From Candidatus Auribacterota bacterium (GTDB lineage: Bacteria > Auribacterota > JAFGBW01 > JAFGJP01): DNA of 64,000 nt. The translations under genes were made by a program, and so were the position numbers. The stretch is taken from positions 10,324 to 74,323 of the forward strand of contig JAGLFH010000001.1 in the NCBI GenBank assembly GCA_023144635.1, given 5' to 3'. A model generated the notes under the pieces. The model was given only the letters and a program-made list of their open reading frames with translations. It did not search any database and was not told where the DNA came from. Below are positions 20,124-30,044 of the stretch, piece after piece; the first letter of the stretch is position 1; each line of letters begins with the position of its first letter.

Positions 20124-21173
20124 CTAAAGCTTTTTTTCGTAGTGAGTTCTCAATTTTTGATATGACAATATTTCTTTTTTTACACCGTTTAAAATAAAAA
20201 AAGAAGAAGTTTTGTCAGGGAAAATATTAATATCAAGTTCCCTAAATGCTTTTTTTAGTGAATGCAGGTTTTTGTTTTTATTACCTCTATAATAATTTTC
20301 TTCCTTTGACGGGCAGTGTATTTCTAAAAGCCTCACATCTTTATCAAGTATCAGTTTGAGAAGATCAAATCGTATTTTCTCTTCACAAAGCCTACGAAAA
20401 GAAGGGTGATAAGGACCTGCTATTATCTGTTCACTTTCTTTTACAGGATGTATGCCAGCACGTATAACAGGTATTTTTTCAGATTCGAAAAGGACTATAA
20501 GCTTTTTTACACTGTCCACCGCATCGCGCAATGATTGAGGTTGAAAAGAACCGCTTTCATAAAGACCAGCAAGTTTTGTGTTAGGAAAAACGATTGTCGG
20601 ATATATCCGTACAAATGCAGGAGCAAGCCGAACAGTTTCAATGGCTGTTTGATATGATGTCTGGATGTTATCAAAGGGAAGACCGGTCATTAATTGAATT
20701 CCTGCACTTGGTATGTTCTTTTTAAGAAGTTCAAAAGATTCTTTTGCTTTACGTGCATCATATCCCCGATTTGAAGAGTCAAGTACCTTATCGTTAAAAG
20801 ATTGTATTCCCAGCTCGACAGTAGTTATTTTATAATTTTTCAGGAAATTTATAATATTGACATCAACCATAAGAGGGTGAGTAGATAAACGTATTCCTTT
20901 TATCCTTTTATCTTTTTTTAAGCAAATTGTTGCCTGATCCAGCATTTTTTTTTGTATTTGTATATCAAGTCCGGTAAAAGTACCTCCGAAAAAAGCGATT
21001 TCGATTGATGAGACAGATTCTGAATATGTTGAAAGATGTTCGTTAACGATTTTTTCAATATTTATACTATTAATGTTAAAATTGGTTCCTGTCTGCATAT
21101 TTTGATTACAAAATATGCATCTTAAAGGACATCCAATATGTGATATGAAAATAGGAATATTTCTGTGTTTCAT
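20124..21173 (-). CDS. Radical SAM protein (Elp3-related)
   Basis: IPIFI.H.GCPLRCIFCNQ, EIAFFGGTFT, ELGIQS, QLMTGLP, RIYPT and AGPYHP. Confidence 0.88.
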   Translation of the reverse strand: MKHRNIPIFISHIGCPLRCIFCNQNMQTGTNFNINSINIEKIVNEHLSTYSESVSSIEIAFFGGTFTGLDIQIQKKMLDQATICLKKDKRIKGIRLSTHPLMVDVNIINFLKNYKITTVELGIQSFNDKVLDSSNRGYDARKAKESFELLKKNIPSAGIQLMTGLPFDNIQTSYQTAIETVRLAPAFVRIYPTIVFPNTKLAGLYESGSFQPQSLRDAVDSVKKLIVLFESEKIPVIRAGIHPVKESEQIIAGPYHPSFRRLCEEKIRFDLLKLILDKDVRLLEIHCPSKEENYYRGNKNKNLHSLKKAFRELDINIFPDKTSSFFILNGVKKEILSYQKLRTHYEKKL

Positions 21174-21490
21174 AAAAGACTCTTTTTAAAGGGTCATACT
21201 TGTATAACTAATTGCATTACTGCATATAAAGGATTTTAATACCAAATAGCAGTAATTATAATTTTTTTTATAGAAGAGACAAGTTAATCTTTTAAATTTT
21301 TAAATGTATATATAAAAAACTTTATTTTTTCCGTTGTCATGTATATAAATACATGATAAAGCTATTTCTATAACAACAACCCTTATAGGTGTTTTTACGA
21401 TTTATCCTTTTAAAGTAATGAAAAAAAGGGTACATTAAATACGTATAGAACTTGAACAAAATGCGGTAAAACAACTTAAAAAGTGCAAAT

Positions 21491-22402
21491 ATGAGTTCAA
21501 AAGCAATTATTATTTTCCCTTACGGAGGGTACGAGAACAATAAGAAGTGTGAATGGTACTTTTGGTGGACTGTTGACAGATGTAAAGGTATTGATCCAAA
21601 ACCGGTTGTAGTACTATCACGTGATACTGTAATTCGAGGCGAGGCAGTTTCTTTTTTAAAAGACGAACGCTACAAAGCACTGGAAGTGATTCAAACATGG
21701 TCTGTTGATACATGTCAGACATGGTTAGCAGGCTGGGGGCATGTTCTTGATAACTATCCAGAAGCAGATAGGATAATACAAATTCCCGGTGATATTGATT
21801 ATGTGCATGAAGATGTAGATTTTTATGATAATTTAAAGGATTTCATAAAAACTACAAGTTCAGATATTGCTATAGGGGACTTTAAAACCGGAGACCAATA
21901 CAGCGCAAAAAGTCTTGTCGATACATATGGTACTTATTCTCTTCTTGCAAACTGGTTTCCTGAAATATCAAAAAATATACGTTCTTTGCCTCTTAATAGG
22001 CCGAGATCGGAATTTTTAAACATTAAATCATCTGTTCTTCGTGATCTTTTAATTAACAATAGAAATTTTGCTTATGAGCAGACACTAAACTTTCTTATTA
22101 AATCCTGGAATTATTCTGATGACCATTGGAAGTACAATTTATCTGTTTTTCCATTAGGTACTCTTTCTGATAATAAGTCGTTTAGGGACTATAGAGGATG
22201 CATAGACCAGATAGAAAGAATAGAAAGAATGCTTTCATTGTTATGGCGTGAGATAAAAGAGCCGAAAAAGAAGGAATTAAGCGATGAAGCTTTTGAAGGG
22301 CAATATACCATTTTCAGCGATGAATATGACAAACTCCGCACAAAATCAAAAGGTATAATGGAAACTGCCAGAACTACGGTTAGAGCACTCCTCGGCGTCT
22401 AA
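21491..22402 (+). CDS. Hypothetical protein, possible GT-A fold glycosyltransferase-like
   Basis: 303-aa ORF; N-terminal hydrophobic strand plus P, and IIQIPGDID (DxD-like); the fold call is weak. Confidence 0.55.
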   Translation: MSSKAIIIFPYGGYENNKKCEWYFWWTVDRCKGIDPKPVVVLSRDTVIRGEAVSFLKDERYKALEVIQTWSVDTCQTWLAGWGHVLDNYPEADRIIQIPGDIDYVHEDVDFYDNLKDFIKTTSSDIAIGDFKTGDQYSAKSLVDTYGTYSLLANWFPEISKNIRSLPLNRPRSEFLNIKSSVLRDLLINNRNFAYEQTLNFLIKSWNYSDDHWKYNLSVFPLGTLSDNKSFRDYRGCIDQIERIERMLSLLWREIKEPKKKELSDEAFEGQYTIFSDEYDKLRTKSKGIMETARTTVRALLGV

Positions 22403-22803
22403 TCTTTCTGGCGAATTAGAAAGCTACTTTCACTTCGTTAAGCATCAAATCGGATTCCTTGGTGTATGAAAAAATACACCTTCGTCATCCTCTTTCGCTT
22501 GCCTCGTGCTAGCAGTTTTCTAATTCGCCAGAAAGGTTCAATTTAAAGAGATACTGTAGTTTTGATCCTTGCCTCTACAGTATTTTTGATTTGTGAATTA
22601 TACGGGCTAATAAGTATGATAAAAGCACTTTCACTTCGTTAAGTAATAAATCGGATTCCTTGGTGTATGAAAAAATACACCTTCGTCGTTCTCTTATCGC
22701 TTGCCTCGTGCTAGCAGTTTTCTAATTCGCCAGAAAGATTCAATTTAAAGAGATACTGTAGTTTTGATGCCTTGCATCTACAGTGCTCTTGATTTTTGAA
22801 TTA
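22401..22803 (+). repeat. Tandem pair (period about 201 bp) of family A cruciform plus a second hairpin
   Basis: 22426-22600 and 22627-22803 are near-identical; inverted arms AATCTTTCTGGCGAATTAGAAA / TTTCTAATTCGCCAGAAAG. Confidence 0.88.
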
Positions 22804-22850
22804 TTAAAAAATAGTACAAAAAAAGAAAACCGGCGTGGAGTAGGGGGATT

Positions 22851-24539
22851 TTATTTTTCTATTTTTATTAAAACGCCTTCTATATGCTGTATCCCGGTAT
22901 CAAATAATATTTCATACTTAAATGAAAGAGCTTCAAGAGATGCAGCGTAATTTTTGCGTGTAAACAAAAAGATGTTGTTATATCCTTTTGGAGAAATGTC
23001 TTTTATTTCTTCTAATTTAAGCAGCGGTTCGATTTTTCTTCCACTGTAATATATAAGGTCTTCAGGGGGTGTGTCAAAAACATATACGGGCTGATTTCCT
23101 TTAAGGGTTTTATTCACTTTATTGGCAAAAGTTCTAAGAGAACGATGCCGGTTAAAGATAGGAATAATACTATGTATAAAAAAGATGTTTATAATGATCA
23201 TTACGGTAACTATTGAGTATAAGACTCCGCTAAACTTATTTTTGTAAAAAAGAAAAAGAAGAAGAGCTCCCGTCAAGACAAGTAACAGTACTATAAGGGA
23301 TAAAAATATCTGATTTTGTTGAATAATGGCTTCTATTTTTGGGAACATTATGCGGTCGAACTGTGAAAGGCGAGACTGTATGGTCTGGTAAAGCTTATTT
23401 CTTAAGAAGCTGTTTTGAAATATAAAGAACAGACTTCCAAGACAAGTGAAAAAAATAGCGTTTAAATAAGTAGAAACCCTGAAAAGCGAAAAAGAATATT
23501 CTTTATTTATAACATATGAAAAAAAGTTAGCTGTTATAATGGCTGCCGGAATATAAAGCGGAAGGATATAAACGCCTCGCTTGCTTTTAGAAATTGAAAA
23601 GAATAAAAATACAACAATAACACATGAAAAAGAAAAAAGGTCTATCTTTGACATTTTCTTTTTTCTGAAAAGTCCTGCCAGGCATCCCGAAAGAAAGAAA
23701 AAAGTCCAGGGCATGAACCCGCCTATGAACTGTGTAATAAAGTAATTGAAAGGTTTTTTATGATCAAAGGCTTTTAAGAACCTGTTCATATTTTGGTTGA
23801 TAAAAAATTCAGAAACAAAATCCATTCCTTTGGTTATCATTAAAGCGAAATACCAGCCTCCTCCTAAAAATATAAAAATAAGAATTCCCCATAAATTTAA
23901 TATCTTAAAAACAAATGAAATATTGCGATCCAGAAGCAGGAACAGCAATATGCCCCCAGCAATGATGACTATTCCTGCCGGGCCTTTTGCCAGCACGGCA
24001 AGGGCTGAAAAAACGTAAAAAGAAAGAAGATACAGAGATCTTTGTTTTTTCTGCAGATTTTCATAGAAATTATAGAACCTGAAAAAGATAAGGTATGATA
24101 TTCCTACAAGGACGGAAAAAAGAGGATCGATCTGTGCTACCCGTGACATCCATGCAAACTTGTATGTTGTAAGAAAGATAAGGCTCGCAAAAAAGCGGGC
24201 TTGATTCGTAATAATCCCGGATAACAAAAAGTAGATGGCAAGAGCTCCTATAAGAAAAGATAATGATGATGGGAGGCGTGAAGAAAAGACGTTGACTTGT
24301 TTTTCTGTTAAAAGGGATGCCATGCATTCTGTCCAGTGAAAGAGGGGTGGTTTCCATGGAGTAAAAACTCCGTTAAACCGCGGGATAAGAAAATCTCCTG
24401 ATAGGATCATTTCCTGTGCTATTCTGGCATCACGGGTTTCCCCTGAGCTCCAGAGATCTCGGTCGGAAATTTTATAAAATGACATAAAAAACCAAATAAG
24501 AACAATAAAAGATATTTCGATAATAAAATGTTTTTTCAT
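22851..24539 (-). CDS. ArnT/PMT-family (GT39/83) membrane glycosyltransferase
   Basis: E.R.A.IA.EM..SGD...P..NG...KPPL.HW, RLPS, LAKGP and R..YILP; polytopic membrane protein. Confidence 0.9.
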   Translation of the reverse strand: MKKHFIIEISFIVLIWFFMSFYKISDRDLWSSGETRDARIAQEMILSGDFLIPRFNGVFTPWKPPLFHWTECMASLLTEKQVNVFSSRLPSSLSFLIGALAIYFLLSGIITNQARFFASLIFLTTYKFAWMSRVAQIDPLFSVLVGISYLIFFRFYNFYENLQKKQRSLYLLSFYVFSALAVLAKGPAGIVIIAGGILLFLLLDRNISFVFKILNLWGILIFIFLGGGWYFALMITKGMDFVSEFFINQNMNRFLKAFDHKKPFNYFITQFIGGFMPWTFFFLSGCLAGLFRKKKMSKIDLFSFSCVIVVFLFFSISKSKRGVYILPLYIPAAIITANFFSYVINKEYSFSLFRVSTYLNAIFFTCLGSLFFIFQNSFLRNKLYQTIQSRLSQFDRIMFPKIEAIIQQNQIFLSLIVLLLVLTGALLLFLFYKNKFSGVLYSIVTVMIIINIFFIHSIIPIFNRHRSLRTFANKVNKTLKGNQPVYVFDTPPEDLIYYSGRKIEPLLKLEEIKDISPKGYNNIFLFTRKNYAASLEALSFKYEILFDTGIQHIEGVLIKIEK

Positions 24540-24587
24540 ATATGATTTTTAATGGAATAAGTTCTTATGTGCTTTTGCATTCAAGCT

Positions 24588-24888
24588 AAATAAAAAAATA
24601 CGCCCTGTTGGATTATTCGCGGCATCGTGCCGCTCACCCTTTTGATAAACGATAAAATCACATCTACTTCGTTAAGCTTTAAATCAGACTCCTCACTGTA
24701 TGAAAAAATACACCTTCGTCGTCTTCTTTTGCTTGCCTCGTATATGCGGTTTTCTCATTCATCACATACCGGGCTGTCACGCTTTAGCGTGCCATTCAAA
24801 CGCTTGTTTTTGCATCTCCGCCAGAAGGGAGGGCGGATCCGCCTTCTGAGGACATGCCGCGTTTGTCGAACCACAAGGTTCTCATCCA
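24588..24888 (-). repeat. tRNA-linked structured element ending in a copy of the tRNA-Lys 3' end, with nested family A and CCGCC palindrome copies
   Basis: TACGCCCTGTTGGATT|ATTCGCGGCATCGTGCCGCTCACCCT...TTCAAACGCTTG...TTTG|TCGAACCA..GGTTCTCATCC versus tRNA TACGCCCTGTTGGATTCGAACCA. Confidence 0.8.
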
Positions 24889-24905
24889 ACAGAAATAAAA
24901 AAAAA

Positions 24906-24978
24906 TACGCCCTGTTGGATTCGAACCAACGACCCATTGATTAAGAGTCAATTGCTCTACCAACTGAGCTAAGGGCGC
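24906..24978 (-). tRNA. tRNA-Lys(CTT), CCA not encoded
   Basis: GCGCCCT TAGCTCAGTTGGTAGAGC ATTGA CTCTTAA TCAAT ... GTTGGTTCGAATCCAAC AGGGCGTA cloverleaf. Confidence 0.96.
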
Positions 24979-25162
24979 ATTTATAAACGTGTTTAGTTAT
25001 TAGTGTTTCGTAAATTGAGCACTTCCGCCTTCGCAAAGCTACAGCGAGACAGGTCGTGCAATTATATTAAAAACGAAAAGCAGTTAATAGTTTTTTCAAT
25101 AATATATATTTTTTTCCTCATACGAACCACGAATCACTATTCGCGAGAAACGATTTTTTTAC

Positions 25163-25240
25163 TGGGGTGAGCGACGGGATTTGAACCCGCGAAAACTTGA
25201 GTCACAGTCAAGTGTCTTAGACCGCTAGACAACGCCCACC
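25163..25240 (-). tRNA. tRNA-His(GTG) with G-1 and encoded CCA
   Basis: GGTGGGCG...CTTGA CTGTGAC TCAAG...GCGGGTTCAAATCCCGT CGCTCAC CCCA. Confidence 0.95.
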
Positions 25241-25337
25241 ACGTAAAAGGGAATATGTTAATTGATAATATTCTATTTTGCAATATTTTTTTCCTTGCGG
25301 GTAAATGAAATTAACCTATAATGACCTAATATAAATT

Positions 25338-25754
25338 ATGCTAAATGATAAGACAGGAGGGCTTATGAGTATAAAAAAGAAGGTTTTAGTTGTTGATGAT
25401 GAACCTGAAATAGTCATTCTCGTTAAATCAAGGCTTGAAGCTAATGGATTTGAGGCCATTGGTGCCGATAATGGAAAGGAAGCTATTGAGAAAGCTTTAA
25501 CAGAGAATCCTGATATTATTCTCCTTGATCTTTTAATGCCTGTAATGGATGGATATGAAGCTATGAATCATTTAAAAAAACATGAAGAGACAAAAGATAT
25601 TCCTATTATTCTTTTTACAGCTGCTCCTCCTGAAAAAGTCATTAAAAAAGGTGATGATACGATGAATGCTATTGATTTTGTTATGAAGCCATTTGATGAT
25701 GGTGCATTATCAACGCTTCTTAAAAGGGTAAAACAGATTACTAACTGCGACTGA
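25338..25754 (+). CDS. Single-domain response regulator (receiver)
   Basis: VLVVDDEP, PDIILLDLLMPVMDG and MKPF; true start probably ATG 25365 after AGGAGG. Confidence 0.92.
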   Translation: MLNDKTGGLMSIKKKVLVVDDEPEIVILVKSRLEANGFEAIGADNGKEAIEKALTENPDIILLDLLMPVMDGYEAMNHLKKHEETKDIPIILFTAAPPEKVIKKGDDTMNAIDFVMKPFDDGALSTLLKRVKQITNCD

Positions 25755-25785
25755 GATAACAGTTTTATAAGAAAAGAGTTTTTTT

Positions 25786-26340
25786 ATGAAATGTGATGTA
25801 AGTGAAAAAGCATTATTAGATCAAAGAATAGGTATTTTTGTTGATGTTCAGAATCTTTTCTATTCTGCAAAAACTATTCATCATTCGAAAATAAATTTTG
25901 AAAAACTTCTACAGATAATTCTTAAAGGAAGAAAATTGATAAGAGCAATTGCCTATATTGTTCAAAAGGGAGAGGATCATCAACAGGCTTTTATCGATGT
26001 TTTAAAGCGCCTTGGTTATGAGGTTAGATCTAAAGATTTAAGAGTACGGGCAGATGGTACAGCTAAAGGGGACTGGGATATGGGAATAGCTATTGATACC
26101 ATGTCTTTGGTAAATAAGCTGGATACTGTTGTACTGGTTTCAGGTGACGGAGACTTTGCACCTCTTGTTGAGATGTTAAAAGCCAACGGCTGCCGTGTTG
26201 AAGTCTATTCTTTTCCGGAAAGTACTTCAAATGATCTTATAGTTGCTGCAACAAGCTATAAAGCAATTGAAGAGACCATATTGCTTAAGCAGAATTCTAA
26301 TTCTGGCAAAGAAAAGAAATATAAAAAAAATAAAAAATAG
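25786..26340 (+). CDS. NYN domain protein (LabA/DUF88, PIN-like)
   Basis: IFVDVQN, KGDWDMGIAID and LVSGDGDF. Confidence 0.92.
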   Translation: MKCDVSEKALLDQRIGIFVDVQNLFYSAKTIHHSKINFEKLLQIILKGRKLIRAIAYIVQKGEDHQQAFIDVLKRLGYEVRSKDLRVRADGTAKGDWDMGIAIDTMSLVNKLDTVVLVSGDGDFAPLVEMLKANGCRVEVYSFPESTSNDLIVAATSYKAIEETILLKQNSNSGKEKKYKKNKK

Positions 26341-26368
26341 TTTTTAGCAGTATACCTGATGAACTTCC

Positions 26369-27913
26369 ATGAAGATGAGGATTAAAATGTCTGAAAAGAG
26401 AAGTGCGTGGAAATCAAATCTTGGTTTTTTATTGGCTGCTGTAGGATCTGCAATTGGTCTTGGTAATATATGGCGTTTCGGCTATATGGCACATGAATAT
26501 GGAGGAAGTGCTTTTCTTATTCCTTATTTTACAGCTCTTTTAGTGGCTGGCATACCGATCATGCTTCTTGAATATGCTTTAGGACATAGAGAAAAGGGCT
26601 CTCCGCCGTTAAGCTTTGCAAAAATAAGTGAAGGATGGGAATGGATTGGCTGGTTTATGCCGATAGTAGCTATGTTCGGCATAATGCTTTATTATTCGGT
26701 TGTGATCGGCTGGTGCATTAATTACTTTTTTTATTCGTTTGATCTAAAATGGGGTGCAGATACTGAGAGTTTTTTCTTTAATACTTTTCTTGAAATAAGT
26801 GACTCGCCGACCAGTTTTGGCGGTATTAGGATACCAATTGTAACTTCAACACTGTTTGTTTGGTTTATATGCTGGGTGATATGTTATCGAGATGTGAGTC
26901 ATGGTATTGAAAAGGCATGTATTATATTTATGCCACTTTTATTTATACTTACACTATTTCTTGTTTTATGGTCTCTTAACCTTGATGGGGCCGGTATAGC
27001 TGTTTGGGAGCATTACCTAAAACCTGACTGGCAAAAGATAGCTTCCTGGAAAGTCTGGACTGCAGCATTCAGCCAGATGTTTTTTACGTTATCACTGGGT
27101 TTTGGAATAATGATTACTTATGCAAGTTATTTGCCGGAAAAAACAAATATAACAAAAAATGCTTTTATGACATCGATCATCAACTGTGTCTATTCGCTTA
27201 TTGCTGGAACAATTGTTTTTGCTACCATTGGTTTTATGGCAAAAGCTCAAGGTGCTGAATTTGCAGAAGTAATTAAATCAGGCCCTCAGCTGGCATTTGT
27301 TGTTTATCCAAAAGCAATATCGCTTCTCCCTGCTTTTAATGAATTATTCGGAATAATGTTTTTTTTAGTTCTTGTTATTGCAGGGATATCATCTGGAATA
27401 TCACTAATTGAAGCATTTGTATGTGCGATTACTGATAAGTTCAGCTTTAACAGAAAAAAAACAGTTACTGTCGTGTGTATAATAGGTTTTTTAGGCAGTA
27501 CTATTTTTACGACAAGATCAGGACTTTTATTATTAGATATTGTTGATCATTTTATTACAAATTACGGTCTTGTTGCAGGCGGAATACTTGAATGTATTAT
27601 AATAGGGTGGGTACTTAAATCAGAAGTGCTAAGAAAGCATGTTAATGAGACAGGTACTATAAAGGTCAATTTTATATGGGATATATTAATACGCTATATA
27701 ACACCTGGCGTACTCCTTATAATTTTATTCATAACATTGAAGACAGATTTAGCAAATAATTACGAAGGATATCATACAGACCATCTTCTTATTTTCGGAG
27801 TTAATTGGCTTTTAATTTCGCTTATTGTTGCTGTTGTTCTTACTTTTTATCCATGGAAGCCGGAGAAACTTAAAAGGGAACATCTGCCGGAAGAAGACGA
27901 GCTGCTGGTTTAA
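26369..27913 (+). CDS. Sodium-dependent transporter, NSS/SNF family
   Basis: GFLLAAVGSAIGLGNIWRF, GG.AFLIPY, QMFFTLSLGFG and GPQLAFVVYP. Confidence 0.95.
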   Translation: MKMRIKMSEKRSAWKSNLGFLLAAVGSAIGLGNIWRFGYMAHEYGGSAFLIPYFTALLVAGIPIMLLEYALGHREKGSPPLSFAKISEGWEWIGWFMPIVAMFGIMLYYSVVIGWCINYFFYSFDLKWGADTESFFFNTFLEISDSPTSFGGIRIPIVTSTLFVWFICWVICYRDVSHGIEKACIIFMPLLFILTLFLVLWSLNLDGAGIAVWEHYLKPDWQKIASWKVWTAAFSQMFFTLSLGFGIMITYASYLPEKTNITKNAFMTSIINCVYSLIAGTIVFATIGFMAKAQGAEFAEVIKSGPQLAFVVYPKAISLLPAFNELFGIMFFLVLVIAGISSGISLIEAFVCAITDKFSFNRKKTVTVVCIIGFLGSTIFTTRSGLLLLDIVDHFITNYGLVAGGILECIIIGWVLKSEVLRKHVNETGTIKVNFIWDILIRYITPGVLLIILFITLKTDLANNYEGYHTDHLLIFGVNWLLISLIVAVVLTFYPWKPEKLKREHLPEEDELLV

Positions 27914-28002
27914 ATGTGGGTTAGCCACAGAGGCTCTAAGACACAAAGAGAAGTTAAATTTTCATGTATATAACTGCATGCATAACATGATAGGTTTTAT
28001 AC

Positions 28003-28036
28003 AAAAAAGGCGCCTGAGAACCAAGCGCCTTTTTTT
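28003..28036. terminator. Bidirectional intrinsic terminator
   Basis: AAAAAAGGCGC..GCGCCTTTTTTT between convergent genes. Confidence 0.8.
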
Positions 28037-28068
28037 CCTACTGTAACCTGACTAAGGGAAAATCGGGT

Positions 28069-29691
28069 TTACATTAACCCATATTCTGCGGCTATTTTGT
28101 TTATTTTTCCTCTAGCAGCAACAGCAGGTTTCCAGAACCAGCCTTTAGCATCCCAGCATTGGGAATAAAAATAAGTATCAACAAGCGTCCTGTATGATTC
28201 AAGAGCCTTTTTGTGATCTTTTTTTGCAAGATATGCTTCACCCATTATGAAATAACAGGTGCCTATGTCATTGAGAGCCCAATTATCAAAAGCTTTTTCT
28301 TTTGATGCATAGCTATCAAGTTTTGACTGCATTTTTTCTGCTGTTTTTCTATACAGCTGGATACATTTTCTTGTAAAAACAAGAACTTCATCATAGTTTC
28401 CAGCATCAAGTGCCTGCCATGCTTTAGTTGTAAGTGTCTGAGATGTATAATCACCGAAATCTATGCCTGTTTCCATTAAAAGCATCTGATCCTTGGATGC
28501 TTCCGATGGTCTCCAGAACCATCCCTGTACATCATAAGTCTGAGCATAGGTGTATTTATCCATGATTTTATTGTAGACCTTTTTTGCTTCATTATTCTGC
28601 CCCTGTATGTAGTGGGATCTACCTAAGATGAAAAGACATGTACCAACATCATTAAGAGCCCAATAATCAAACTCTTTACCTTCTTCAGCAAAGTTTTTTA
28701 AAGAAGCCTGCATTTCATCAGCTTTTTTTCCATACAGCTGTACACATTTATTTACATAGGTCTCGACATCTTTGTACTTTCCTGCTGAAAATGATTCCCA
28801 TGCTTTTCCGGTTAGTGCTTCTGATGTCATGTTACCGAAATCAACACCGGACTCTATACTTACGATCTGATCTTTTGCACCTTGAGAAACTTTCCAGAAC
28901 CATCCTTTTACATCCCAGCACTGTGAAAAGCCATAATCATCAATAATATTTTTTAAGACTTTTTTGGCTTCGTCTTTTTTGCCCTGCTGAGCAAGAGCCT
29001 TGGCTTTTACAAAAAGAGATGTACCAACATCATTAAGAGCCCAGTAATCAAAAGCTTTTTCTTTTGATGCAAAGTCAGTTAAAGTTGATTGTTGTTCTTT
29101 TGCTGTCTTTTCAAAAAGATCAAGGCATTTATCTACATAGATTTCAACTTTGTCAAATTCTTCTTTTTCAAGAGATTCCCATGCCTTTTTGGTCAGTGTT
29201 TCTGATGTGTAATTACCAAAATCAACATTTTTTTCCATTCCCATGATCTGATCATTTGCTGCATCAGCCATTTTCCAGAACCAGCCGTTGCTGTCCCAGC
29301 ATTGACCATAGCGATAATTCTTTATAATATCTTCAAAAACTTTTTTTGCCTCATCTTTTTTGCCCTGTTCACGAAGAGATTTTCCCTTGATAAAAAGGCA
29401 AGTAGCTACATCATTTAATGCCCAGTAATTGTTTGCTTCATCACTTGGCGGGAAATTTGTTAAAGACGCTTGCTGTTCAAGAGCCTTTTTTGAAAAAACA
29501 GATACGCATTTATCTACATATGCACTTACGCCAGCATAATCTTTGGTCTGCAGTGCTGACCATGATTTTGCTGTTAATGTCTTTGTAGACCCGTCACCGA
29601 AGTTGTATTCTCCGGCAAATGAATTACCGGTTAATATGAGTGAAAAAATAACCAGTAAACCTGTTAATATGTTTAATTTAGTACTCCGCAT
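28069..29691 (-). CDS. Secreted TPR-like protein with four ~127-aa WALND/QCWD-GWFW repeats (paralog 1)
   Basis: Signal peptide MRSTK...SFA and four WALND motifs; start set to ATG 29691 after AGGAGG (ORF track starts at 29715). Confidence 0.85.
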   Translation of the reverse strand: MRSTKLNILTGLLVIFSLILTGNSFAGEYNFGDGSTKTLTAKSWSALQTKDYAGVSAYVDKCVSVFSKKALEQQASLTNFPPSDEANNYWALNDVATCLFIKGKSLREQGKKDEAKKVFEDIIKNYRYGQCWDSNGWFWKMADAANDQIMGMEKNVDFGNYTSETLTKKAWESLEKEEFDKVEIYVDKCLDLFEKTAKEQQSTLTDFASKEKAFDYWALNDVGTSLFVKAKALAQQGKKDEAKKVLKNIIDDYGFSQCWDVKGWFWKVSQGAKDQIVSIESGVDFGNMTSEALTGKAWESFSAGKYKDVETYVNKCVQLYGKKADEMQASLKNFAEEGKEFDYWALNDVGTCLFILGRSHYIQGQNNEAKKVYNKIMDKYTYAQTYDVQGWFWRPSEASKDQMLLMETGIDFGDYTSQTLTTKAWQALDAGNYDEVLVFTRKCIQLYRKTAEKMQSKLDSYASKEKAFDNWALNDIGTCYFIMGEAYLAKKDHKKALESYRTLVDTYFYSQCWDAKGWFWKPAVAARGKINKIAAEYGLM

Positions 29692-29710
29692 TATGAATTC
29701 CTCCTTTTTA

Positions 29711-29981
29711 TGCAAGCGATTGCATTTATTTTTAAAGAATTTGTGTTTTTATGCAAGCGATTGCAAGTTCATTAAAAAAATATTAAAACTGCAAGTTTTT
29801 TTAAGTTTTTGTTTCATATTGATTTCCTTAGATCACCTCCTTAAAAATTGTTAAATTGTTCAAAGCTTCTGGGTTCTGGTAAAACAACTAACTTACTATG
29901 TATATCATCCTCCTTTTGCTATTTGGTGCAAGCGTTTGCATATATTCCTAAAGGACTTGTGTTTTTATGCAAGCGATTGCA
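29711..29981. promoter_or_regulatory. Four LacI-family operator-like palindromes TGCAAGCG(A/T)TTGCA
   Basis: Sites at 29711-29724, 29752-29765, 29927-29940 and 29968-29981; 14-bp palindromes with central CG; two pairs, each spaced 41 bp. Confidence 0.8.
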
Positions 29982-30044
29982 AGCTCTTAAAAAAAATATT
30001 GAAATTGCTTGTTGGTTTTTTCTAAACACCTCCTTAAAATATAA

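Noticed and set aside
25786-26340. Toxin or defence nuclease system
   Set aside because: It is an ordinary LabA/DUF88 NYN protein with no antitoxin or defence partner nearby.
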